Below, in pieces: positions 39,567 through 49,257 of a stretch of 64,000 nt of DNA. The position numbers were made by a program, and so were the translations under genes. Numbering within the stretch: position 1 is the stretch's first letter; each line of letters opens with the position of its first letter. Location of the stretch: positions 736,001-800,000 of the forward strand of contig CM000432.1 of assembly GCA_000165345.1 (NCBI GenBank), in the 5' to 3' direction. Below the pieces are notes generated by a model that did no database searches, was not told the DNA's origin, and worked only from the letters and a program-made list of their open reading frames with translations.

Positions 39567-41498
39567 TTAATCTTTAGAAAAGTACTTGATGAGTAGATCC
39601 TTGATAAATCCCATAATATCTTTTGCTCTTTCTAATGTTGGTGATTCTACATATACCCTTGCAACTTCCTCAGTGCCTGATGGTCTTATAAATGCTCTGG
39701 AGTAATTATCGTTCAAATTTGAGATATAATTATCAATGCTTTCCTGTATTGCTTTTGGTTCAACTAGAAATTTTTCTGTTTCTTTATCACATATTAGAGT
39801 CTCGAGGTCGCATCTATTTAAATAGACTTTATCTTGAATGACATTAAGATCGTCATAAAGGCGCATAGAAAATTTGCAGCCAAATCTGGTTTGTATAAAT
39901 TTTCTTGCAACTTCAAATGCAAGCATATCAGAGATTGCATCTCCAATTACAGGATTAAACAAGTTCAGGAAATAAGTTAATAATCTGCATGAATTATTAT
40001 TTATCCCAAATTTTGACATCTCTTCAACCCATGATTTTAACTTGTCTTCTTTGTGAATTACAGTTCCATGGCCATTTGCCTCGAAATATACTGCAATGTC
40101 ATATTCTTCTGCTTTTCTGTGGAGATGCTTAACTCCAGTTGGGACACAGTTAATAGAAAATCTGAAATATTTTGGATTTAATGCACTAAGTAAATCATTT
40201 AGATACTTGGTACTAGCTCCATTAGCATATGCTGTTTGGATTACACCTAAACACAAAGTGGGAATTGTGTCTGTTTCAACTGTTATCTCTCTTATGGATT
40301 GACTTAATAGGGTAGCAACCACAAGAACATAGCATGCTGAAATTCTATCTCCATCAATCAAAAAAATTTCAGAATTATCATTTTTATGAAAATGATTAGG
40401 TACAAAGTATATCAATCTGTCAGCATCCCCATCAAAAGCCGCAACATAGTCAACTTTATCTGAATCATAATCTTGGTAAGAATAGAACCCAACAGGAGGG
40501 AGGGTATTTTTTTGAATATGTTCTGCTCCGCAGCCATCATTAAGTTTTTCAGGATTATCGCAGTTAATCATTTTTAGACTCAAACCAGCATAAGATAGTA
40601 TCTTTGAAACCCTATCAGCGTGGTATTTTCCCACGCCATTCGCCACATCTACCAACAAGATCCCATTTTCATTTATCTTGTAATTTTCAATTTTGTTGGG
40701 TTTTGCCTTAAAAAAAAGATGGCTATTTTGAGTAAAAAGGAATGAGTGATCATCATTTTGTATCAAATTCACTAACTGTTTAAAGTAATATTCATGATAG
40801 GCAAAGTAAACCTCAAAGAACGATGAGACCATTTCACTCTTATTTTGGTTGCTACATTTCTCCAAGTCTTTAATAAGATTTTCGAACATTACAGTTTTTT
40901 TAATATCAATTGGAACTCTGTCGATGATCAATCCATTTGCAAATGCTACCATGAAATGCAACTGCGGAGTAGTCGTAAATCCAAAGTTTAAAAATCTCGA
41001 GATTCCGAATTCTGATATAAATCTCTCAATAGACTCTAGAATATATTTTGATGATGGTCTGGTATCGAAACCTACTATTAGTTTTGCTTTTGAAAGCTCT
41101 ATTTTGTTTAGCTCATCATCGCCTAATGCCAACTTCTCCTTGAAATAATGCATCAATACTCTCACTGGATTGCTCGCATCCTCATGGTTTACAGCATTAA
41201 AGCAAATTTGCTCAAAATCTTTGTTCAGCATACTTCCTGTAACATCCACAATCTTCACTCCATTATCTTGAATTGGGTTATGCGATGCTGTTATTACAAC
41301 CCCGACCCACTTTTGTTCCAGAATACTTCTTAGGCAAGCAATTATTGTGCAAATCATAGCCACTTGTTCTACTCTATGTGGATTCTCCTCATAATTCATT
41401 CTGAATCCAGCTGTTCCATATATTAATGGCCTTAAACTTTGTAACTTTCCACATTTTTCTATTAGAACTTTTGTCACTCTTTCTTCAAATTCGCTCAT
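39567..41498 (-). CDS. Phosphoacetylglucosamine mutase (AGM1/PGM3 family alpha-D-phosphohexomutase)
   Basis: N-terminal GTAGFR plus the active-site ITASHNP phosphoserine loop, and the four-domain phosphohexomutase length (643 aa). Confidence 0.88.
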   Translation of the reverse strand: MSEFEERVTKVLIEKCGKLQSLRPLIYGTAGFRMNYEENPHRVEQVAMICTIIACLRSILEQKWVGVVITASHNPIQDNGVKIVDVTGSMLNKDFEQICFNAVNHEDASNPVRVLMHYFKEKLALGDDELNKIELSKAKLIVGFDTRPSSKYILESIERFISEFGISRFLNFGFTTTPQLHFMVAFANGLIIDRVPIDIKKTVMFENLIKDLEKCSNQNKSEMVSSFFEVYFAYHEYYFKQLVNLIQNDDHSFLFTQNSHLFFKAKPNKIENYKINENGILLVDVANGVGKYHADRVSKILSYAGLSLKMINCDNPEKLNDGCGAEHIQKNTLPPVGFYSYQDYDSDKVDYVAAFDGDADRLIYFVPNHFHKNDNSEIFLIDGDRISACYVLVVATLLSQSIREITVETDTIPTLCLGVIQTAYANGASTKYLNDLLSALNPKYFRFSINCVPTGVKHLHRKAEEYDIAVYFEANGHGTVIHKEDKLKSWVEEMSKFGINNNSCRLLTYFLNLFNPVIGDAISDMLAFEVARKFIQTRFGCKFSMRLYDDLNVIQDKVYLNRCDLETLICDKETEKFLVEPKAIQESIDNYISNLNDNYSRAFIRPSGTEEVARVYVESPTLERAKDIMGFIKDLLIKYFSKD

Positions 41499-41625
41499 TT
41501 AAAATTAACAATTATTTTTCAATGGCCTTTCAAGTTTTGTATGCAAATTTTATGCTCTTTCCATTTCTGTCTAATTTCTTTTTATTTTTATAATGCAATG
41601 ACGTGTTATTTAAAATGACTCCTAG

Positions 41626-41651
41626 CCCCTCCCTTCCCCTCCCCGCCCCCC
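41626..41651. other. 26-nt C-tract cccctcccttcccctccccgcccccc (G-quadruplex-capable on the minus strand) in the divergent promoter between the PAGM gene and the putative 41948 gene
   Basis: Read directly from the sequence. It has at least five C3-6 runs with 1-3 nt spacers in an otherwise ~70% AT intergenic region. It is followed by CGCGCATG and GCATGC motifs. Confidence 0.8.
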
Positions 41652-41947
41652 AACGCGCATGTAAATACCGGTATAAACGCAATGAAAAACGCATGCAAAA
41701 TCTTTGTGGACATAATTACGTGTATGCGTTAAAAGGAAGCTGAGGAAGAGATACTGTTAATATTGCGAGTCGAAGTATAGTTGAAATTGAAAGCATTCAA
41801 ATTTATTCTATTAATGAGCTTGTAAAACAATCTGAAATTAATCAATTACTGAGAATATCATCCACATTATTTTTGGGTGAACCTAAAAATCTTCTTTTTT
41901 CTAATCATAGAATCATTTAGATTTGTTCAAAGTAGCAATCAAAAATA

Positions 41948-42469
41948 ATGGAAGATCAGCCAATACAGCAAGAAATAAATGAGGAGCTCGAGGATAAAAC
42001 CAGTGAATTCAAGGGTATGCAAGAAGTTAGTAATTTAGAACTGAATGAAAACAATGAAGAGAGCATTGAGTATTTTCAGAATGAGCGAAAGTCAAATGAA
42101 CTATTAGACTCCAAACCTTCAATTCAGGAAAGCAAAATTTCAAATATAATTGAAGCAAATACAAGCAATGAAAAACTATATGTTAACATCAGAAATGAAA
42201 ATGTAAGTTTAAGAATATTATTCTAGGGAAATACATCGATAAATTGCCCCTTGAACCAATAACGAAAAACATTTAATAAAACGAAATTTTAGGGAATCTA
42301 TAAAGAAAAGATTGACCCAAACAATTTTTATGAAATGTTGAGTTACGAGCTATACAGATCAAATGGGATAGAAAGGGACTATCCAATTGATTTATGTTTA
42401 GATATTCAGGAAGATATTGATAATATATTACCATTTCTACAAAAGTCAATAATTAATAGAAAGAAATAA
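41948..42469 (+). CDS. Putative two-exon gene for an acidic ~143 aa protein (exons 41948-42202 and 42293-42469); unknown function
   Basis: Exon 1 is the ORF-track ORF up to ...IRNEN, followed by a consensus GTAAGT donor at 42203. A 90-nt intron ends TTTTAG, and exon 2 (GIYKEKIDPNNFYEMLSYELYRSNGIERDYPIDLCLDIQEDIDNILPFLQKSIINRKK) stays open for 58 codons in AT-rich DNA. No homology recognised. Confidence 0.3.
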
Positions 42470-42504
42470 ACTAGATAAATTATTATAATTAAGCAGAAAC
42501 TGAT

Positions 42505-44592
42505 TTACATATTAACTAGTTTCAAAATATAATATAATGGCTTGAGCTCTTCAATCGCACTTTTTGAGGGCTCATCATCGCCAGCAGGGAAGGTTTCTTT
42601 TCTACCAAAATATCTCCTTATTGAAATAACCGCATTTTTTCGAACAGTATTATCAGCAGATTCAGATAAAAGCATATTGCAACCCAATTTAAGTGTTGCG
42701 TTTGAATTATTATTCTCTATTATTTCGTTAAAAATGTAATATAAAGAGACTTCTTGGTATTTCCATGCAGATAATATACAATTTGCATCAATTGGGAAGT
42801 CATTACATGGAATGCCTTCTGGATCTAAAAGAACTCTAAGCTTCGGAAATTTGATAATTATTTGACCGCAAAGCTTAATTAAGAAAATACTCGAATCAAC
42901 TTCACCAGATTTGCACAATACGAGTGAAATTTCTGCGATAACAATTATGAGACGGTAAAGATAGCTCGAATTAGAACTTGAAAAAATGCTTGTATTAAGA
43001 ATGACTGTTGGTAGCTCTTTATCCTGAAGGGAAATACTCATCTCTTTCAAGTAATTAGAATCAGCTTTTTTAGGAGAATTGAGAATATTCTTCATTTTTA
43101 AATGTTCTTTCTCAAGTCTTAAAACAAGATATCTCAAAATCCAAGAATTATCTTCAAGTTGTTGCTCATTAAGTTGGTTTCCTCTTTGAAGTAAAGAAAA
43201 GCAACATTTAAGTACCATTACAAAACTTTTCCATTTTAGATTATCACTCTTATAGAGCTTTCCTTTTATAATTTCAATTAACTCAGATCTTATCTTCAAG
43301 CTTATCCTATTACTATACTGAGATATTCCTAGATAAACATGTTCAAGTTCATCCAAATCCAAAAGTAAAACTTTCGAGTAAAACGTGAAAAGGTGCTTTA
43401 AAATTTGTTCCTCTCTTTCTATAAGTATCTCAACCTTTACTCTAGTTGTACTTGTCTGTTGTATCTCATCAATAATTTCCTTGCTAATGGTGTTGGTGTT
43501 TGGACCAAAAATCCTCCTAAATTCACTCCTTGACTCTTCTATTCTATGCCAAGGAGCGTATTTAGTGAATGGTATAAGGATCCATTTTGAAAGTGTGAAC
43601 ATATTTGCGGCATTCTTCTTACTCTTTCTGTTAAATAAAGTCTCATGTATCATATTCACTGCTTCAACTCCTGTTTCAAGAGATGCATCGTTGGCTAACA
43701 TGTTTGTTAATCCTTCACAACAGTAAGAAAGGCAAGATCTCGTCTGAAGATCTTCTTCATTTCCTGACATTAAAAATAATATGATCATTCTAAGTAATAT
43801 AGTATGGTGATTGAAGTGATATGTCGCATCAAGTAAATCCATCGTTGACCTTAAAATGGCAGATTTGTTTTTAGTGATGGTTGTATTATTTTTAACACCA
43901 AACCCAAGTATTTTCTTTAGTAGAAGGCATGTTCTCTTATAAATATTGAGAATTTTCCTCTCAAAAGAGTGTATTTTTTGAGTTTCTTTTCTGAGACTTA
44001 CTTTATCATTTGAAGCATCAGAACCTGCGCCTTCTAAACCAATTATTTGACTTGAAATCTTATATCCAGGAACAAGATCTTTCACAACTATCAAAAGAGA
44101 AATAATGCAAAGCTCAATCGGGAAATTCACAGTACTCTTATTTAAATTACTTGAATTCCAATTTTTTTCGCAATACTCTAAAAGTACTGTGAGCAATTCA
44201 ATATTATTTTCTGGGTCAGCCATTACCAAATCACAAATTTTTGCAACATCTTTTGGTCTTTTTATTGAAACAATTTCATTATTAAAGTTATCGTCATTGT
44301 CATTAACTTTATTCTGTTTAACTTTCTTTAACTTAGCAGCTTCCTTCTTTTTTAGATCTTTTAAACGTCTCAACTCAGTTTTTGAAAGAATTTGCATATT
44401 TTCTTGACTTTTCCCCGTATTATCCCCTTCCAGATCTTGTTTTGCCTTCTTATTTACATTGTTTGTAGGAATATGCCACCCTTTTCTCTTGTTATCTAAA
44501 ATAGGTAACCCTGTTAGAGTATCCGCATTATCCGACCATTTTGCAAACTGAGTGGCTCTTCTTGCTCTTTCGTACTTTTCTTCAATTTCCAT
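42505..44592 (-). CDS. Hypothetical alpha-helical protein, possibly of the NOC3/CBF-domain nucleolar family
   Basis: Intact 695-aa ORF with a true ATG, a Lys-rich N-terminal segment and a long helical-repeat body. The family assignment is a guess. Confidence 0.5.
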   Translation of the reverse strand: MEIEEKYERARRATQFAKWSDNADTLTGLPILDNKRKGWHIPTNNVNKKAKQDLEGDNTGKSQENMQILSKTELRRLKDLKKKEAAKLKKVKQNKVNDNDDNFNNEIVSIKRPKDVAKICDLVMADPENNIELLTVLLEYCEKNWNSSNLNKSTVNFPIELCIISLLIVVKDLVPGYKISSQIIGLEGAGSDASNDKVSLRKETQKIHSFERKILNIYKRTCLLLKKILGFGVKNNTTITKNKSAILRSTMDLLDATYHFNHHTILLRMIILFLMSGNEEDLQTRSCLSYCCEGLTNMLANDASLETGVEAVNMIHETLFNRKSKKNAANMFTLSKWILIPFTKYAPWHRIEESRSEFRRIFGPNTNTISKEIIDEIQQTSTTRVKVEILIEREEQILKHLFTFYSKVLLLDLDELEHVYLGISQYSNRISLKIRSELIEIIKGKLYKSDNLKWKSFVMVLKCCFSLLQRGNQLNEQQLEDNSWILRYLVLRLEKEHLKMKNILNSPKKADSNYLKEMSISLQDKELPTVILNTSIFSSSNSSYLYRLIIVIAEISLVLCKSGEVDSSIFLIKLCGQIIIKFPKLRVLLDPEGIPCNDFPIDANCILSAWKYQEVSLYYIFNEIIENNNSNATLKLGCNMLLSESADNTVRKNAVISIRRYFGRKETFPAGDDEPSKSAIEELKPLYYILKLVNM

Positions 44593-45534
44593 GCTTTCCT
44601 AGTAAAGTAATAATTCCAATATTACCATAAAAAAAAGATTATTAAAGTTTTATATACTCTCGTTAGTTCACTTGATAATCCCGCAGCTATCAGCCATGTG
44701 CTTATTCAATGAGGCTACCAGAACATAAAACCGCAAGAAGTCTAACTCTCCACTTACAAATCTATAGCTACGATTCTTATATTAAACTTTTAATACACTT
44801 TTTCCTATTTTAAATTCAGACTTGTCAGCCTTTACAATTTTTATATACAAAAGGGCGCTCCAACTCAGAGAGTAGTAATATTACAAAATTCCTATAAACT
44901 TATGGCGCCAAAATTTTATTATTTTTTTACAATTCACATTAGGCAATTCAATGCAAAATTCAGGTCTTTGAGAGACAAAGGGAAAATCATATTTCATAAT
45001 TTGTCAATCCTATAATTGTCATTTTGAATAATTGTTCTGAATAGAAAAGGCAATAAAACTTCTCATAGTTATGTCCGCCTTTTTGATATTAAATTTGTTT
45101 TTTGATGTTTAAGAAAGATTTTCGAATAGAATTGAAAAATTATTGAGCTCCTAAAATACATGCATTCATACTTGCATGCATGCACACACAATATTTAGTA
45201 TCTAGCTCCTTATTTAGATTTTTGATGAAAATGAGATTACAAGTTTTGAATCAATAGGACACAAGCTTAATATGAACTTACTCTTTAAGTTAAGGAGCCA
45301 AGAATTAAGAATGTTCGAAGGTATTACATAATATTTTTATAAATTTCAAATTCTCTCTTCTTTCCCTTCTTCATTCCGCAATACTCTAAGAATTGATTAA
45401 TAAGTAGATATTGATATTCCAATCGTATTTAAAGAAATAACAAATACTTATACTTTTGCTAAAAGCGCCTATAATCTAAACGTTTTTTTTACAAACAAAC
45501 AAGAAAGATCATTTAGAGGTAAACTGGTAAATTC

Positions 45535-47403
45535 TTAGTTAATCATGTAATCCAAAAATTCGTTCCAGTCCACAACTCCATCGCCATTTGTATCAGCAGC
45601 CTTAATAATACTATCCCAATCTTTGTGAACAAGGAGCTTTTGGTCACCACTACAAAGTACCTTCTCAAACTCATTCACTGATAGCTTTCCATCGCCGTCA
45701 ATGTCCATTTTATTGAAAGCTGCCCTTATAACACCAAGTTCGCTGTCCCTCCATTCATAGCATGCTGCCAAAAATTCGGTATAGCTAATAAATCCTGTAT
45801 CATCTACGTCCATTGACTGAACAATTCGATTAATATCCCATTGTGGAACTCCAGCCGATTGTAGTCCTGAAATAAGCTCCTCTGGAGTAAGAACGCCATT
45901 TCCATCCTGATCTAGTGACTTAAATGCCTTGGTTATCTGCTTAATCTGGGGTCCAGTTACGTTTAATTGGTGTGCCATCATATTTACTAACGCATGTTTG
46001 AGCTGATTTTGCTTCATATAATTCTTCAAATTATGAAGCAGCCTATTATTGATGCAAATCGGTTCATTGTTAGATTTTGAATACCTGAACCAAGGATGTG
46101 AAAGTACCTCTCTAGCTGTTGGTCTACAAGCTGGATCTTTTTGAAGCATTAATTGTAGTAAATCTATTCCTTCTGGAGTAATATGTACGCAATCCTCTTC
46201 ATACTTTGGCTCTGTATTCAAAACACTGTTTCGTACTTCCTTTATACTTCTTCCTGTGAATGGAAGTGTTCCTGCTAAAAGAAAGTACATTACAACTCCT
46301 GCACTCCAAACATCACATTCCGTCGTAATATCACGCAAAAATACTTCTGGCGCCATATATAGCACAGTACCAGCCGCATGATTACTATGGTCATCCACAG
46401 ATTTAAAGATTTCTGCCAATCCAAAATCAATAATTTTTATTGAAGAGTGGTGTGATTTCTCTTGCATCAAGATATTTTCTGGCTTTAAGTCTTTGTGTAC
46501 TATATTTCTAGAGTGAAAATAGGCTAATGCTGCCATTATTTGTCTCATTATGTGTGCTACATATCTTTCACTTAGTCTGAAACCTTTAGATACTGCCTCA
46601 TGTATACGTTCAAAGAGTTCCCCTCCTCCACAATTTTCCATAATAATGTACATGTGTTCTTTGTCTTCGTATACCTCGAAGATTTTAATAATGTTTGGAT
46701 GGTCTAAACTTTTCAAAACTGCAACTTCTGCTTCTATTTGTTCTAAACTCATATTCGACAAAGATCTGTCAATTATCTTGCATACTCTTGTTAATCCACT
46801 ACATCTCTCTCTGACTAAGAAAACCTTTCCGAATGAACCCTCTCCAATTTTCTTATCAAAACTAAATATGCTTTCAATATCATCAGCTTTCTTTAAAGAA
46901 GTTCTACGTACAAATTGGTCGCGGGTAACCAAAATCGACTTTTCTGGGTAGTACTTTTCTCTTATACTATTCAATAAGTGCCAAAAGAATTTTGCAAATT
47001 GCTCGAAATTTAAAAAGCCTGTTTTTCCAACATCATACTTTGCAAATATTACTTTAAGCATTTTATCATCTATTGGAGGGAGCTCCAAGTTTATTGCTAA
47101 CCTCTCAAGCAAGCGTTTAGTTTCCGTATAATTTAATTTACCTCTTTTCTCTTCGTCAAACTGAGAAAATGAAGATTTTGCACTTTGAAGAAAAGAACTC
47201 TTACTTGACAAAGCCATTGCCAAACGAGTCCGGATTGCCTCTAAATTACTTTGCTCCTGCTCTTGGTACTGATCCTGGTCATCCACACCATAATCATAGT
47301 ACTGCTCTTGGTTTGAGTCTTCCAACTGCCCTACATTTGCGTAGTCTATATATTTATCGTATTCATTTTCCACAAATCCGTCGTCAGTATATTCACTACT
47401 CAT
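45535..47403 (-). CDS. Calcium-dependent protein kinase (CDPK) with a ~170-aa N-terminal extension containing a degenerate EF-hand pair
   Basis: Ser/Thr kinase domain (GEGSFGKVFLVRERCSGLTRVCKII ... HRNIVHKDLKPENILM ... DFGLA ... APE). A junction region leads to four canonical EF-hand loops (DQDGNGVLTPEE, DVDDTGFISYTE, DIDGDGKLSVNE, DTNGDGVVDWNE). The N-terminal extension has DEEKRGKLNYTE and DVGKTGFLNFEQ. Confidence 0.9.
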   Translation of the reverse strand: MSSEYTDDGFVENEYDKYIDYANVGQLEDSNQEQYYDYGVDDQDQYQEQEQSNLEAIRTRLAMALSSKSSFLQSAKSSFSQFDEEKRGKLNYTETKRLLERLAINLELPPIDDKMLKVIFAKYDVGKTGFLNFEQFAKFFWHLLNSIREKYYPEKSILVTRDQFVRRTSLKKADDIESIFSFDKKIGEGSFGKVFLVRERCSGLTRVCKIIDRSLSNMSLEQIEAEVAVLKSLDHPNIIKIFEVYEDKEHMYIIMENCGGGELFERIHEAVSKGFRLSERYVAHIMRQIMAALAYFHSRNIVHKDLKPENILMQEKSHHSSIKIIDFGLAEIFKSVDDHSNHAAGTVLYMAPEVFLRDITTECDVWSAGVVMYFLLAGTLPFTGRSIKEVRNSVLNTEPKYEEDCVHITPEGIDLLQLMLQKDPACRPTAREVLSHPWFRYSKSNNEPICINNRLLHNLKNYMKQNQLKHALVNMMAHQLNVTGPQIKQITKAFKSLDQDGNGVLTPEELISGLQSAGVPQWDINRIVQSMDVDDTGFISYTEFLAACYEWRDSELGVIRAAFNKMDIDGDGKLSVNEFEKVLCSGDQKLLVHKDWDSIIKAADTNGDGVVDWNEFLDYMIN

Positions 47404-48923
47404 TTTTTAGGCTTATTTTAACTGCTTATAGCTGATTATAGTATTTTCTATGGGAATTTTTTTTAAAAAAATACCTTCACAAAAAACTGACTTAATTTGA
47501 ATTTTTCTTAATCTGCCTCTAACCCAAGCTTTTTTTTATTCAAATACAAAAACTTTCCCTCCTTATTTAAATAACTAATTAATAAGATATTTATCTTCCT
47601 ATTTTTAGCAATTAAACTGAACTAATTCTTGTAATTTGTGGTGTTATTCAAGCCTTTTGAGTTATTTTTTAAGTAGCATGAGCTAAATCTAAAAGTACGC
47701 GTATGACGTTTTCTATTTGCTCATAAAACCATCAAAAACTCCTCAAAAGCTTTAACAGTGGGTACATATATGCTTGTATTTAACTTCGACCTTTTTATTA
47801 TTCAATTTATATGTTTTTTCACAGTCTATTTTTTACTTATTCTTTTTTTCTGTATTCATTACATGCAATTTTTATGTTCCTTAATTCCCGCCTAACTATG
47901 CCAGACCTTTGAAGTTAGTATGTTACCGCTTAAAATTAAAAGAGTAAAAGTAAAAGGGGGGAGCGAGAGATATAGTAAAATGCAGTTTATTTTGAAAATT
48001 TTTGTGAAGGATTTAAACATTCCCCATTGATTTCATAAGTCTATCTAAGCTCGTTAGTTATATTCAATAGAGGATATGTTTGGTGAATGGGTTAACTCTA
48101 CTTCAATTTATCAAGACTGGATTTCTCTAATTTAAGCTTGGTGGCTTTAATATGTATCTTCATTTGCCATTTTGAGGTAACTTTACTGCATTAACAAAAT
48201 TTGAGTTTCCAGAGACTTATACTCGAAAATTTTTTTTTGCATATTCGTGGATTTTGAGTTTACAAATTGAACAAAATTCCCAAATTAAAAGCCTGTATCG
48301 TCGAAAGATTTTTGAAGTACAGGTCGGTATGCAATAGAAGAGATAGGGGAAAGAGGATAGTTATTTAGAAAGACACTTGCGTTTAAGAACGGATGTTGCT
48401 CCTCGAAAATATTGGTTTCCGTTTTTAGTGATTTATGTCCTTAACCTATATTGAAACTCTAGACTTGTAATAGTTTGTTCTAATAAAATAATAAAGATAA
48501 TAAAACTAGGAGGAACTTAAGTGGGGAAGTTAACCACAAAACAAGGAAAAGTATAATTGAGTTTAAGCTTAGTGACGAGTTCTCCCAGTTAAAACTAAAA
48601 TGACAACTTCCTTCTTGAGCTCGAAGATGTGTCAAATATGAATTTGTATGCATTCATTTGTTTAGGTTCATCTCATACATCTAGAATCGTATATTTTTGA
48701 TTTACAATTCAAAATATTTACAAATATAAAAAGGAAAAATTCCGCCTACGTATAAAATCAATACGTTAATTTACTGCATAGTATTAAATGCTTTACTTAC
48801 AAGAATTACAAATATTTTAAAAAAAAAAAATCCCTCCATTTTATCTTATAAACTGCTAATTAATGTTATATAAATTTACACATTCTGCTATTTAATTTTT
48901 TTTAAAGTATTCGACGTGGAAAT

Positions 48924-48941
48924 GGCGCCATGTGTGGCGCC
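48924..48941. promoter_or_regulatory. Tandem pair of GGCGCC motifs (aaTGGCGCCAtgtgTGGCGCCtgg) ~320 bp upstream of the PH-domain gene
   Basis: Read directly from the sequence; the two copies are 6 bp apart. Confidence 0.5.
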
Positions 48942-49257
48942 TGGATGCAGAATAGAGGAAATTCCAAGTCAGTGAAATAGAAATCGAAGAATTTGAAAGA
49001 ATATTAACGTAAAATTTGGAGATAGATTTTCTCTATTTATCCGCTAAAACAGGCTCCCGTCCGCCTTATAACACGGCAAAGTCTAAGCTTAATGAGCATA
49101 AAGCCTGTCGAGAAAAGGAGTTTTTGAGACGTGGAGTTAAAAGGTTAGAAAGCATTCAACAAATATTTATCTGTTCAATTAGTTTCCGATCCAAGAATAT
49201 AAAGTCAAAGTATATGCATATATAGTAAGCCTTCCCAGCTCCTTGATCTATTTCAAG

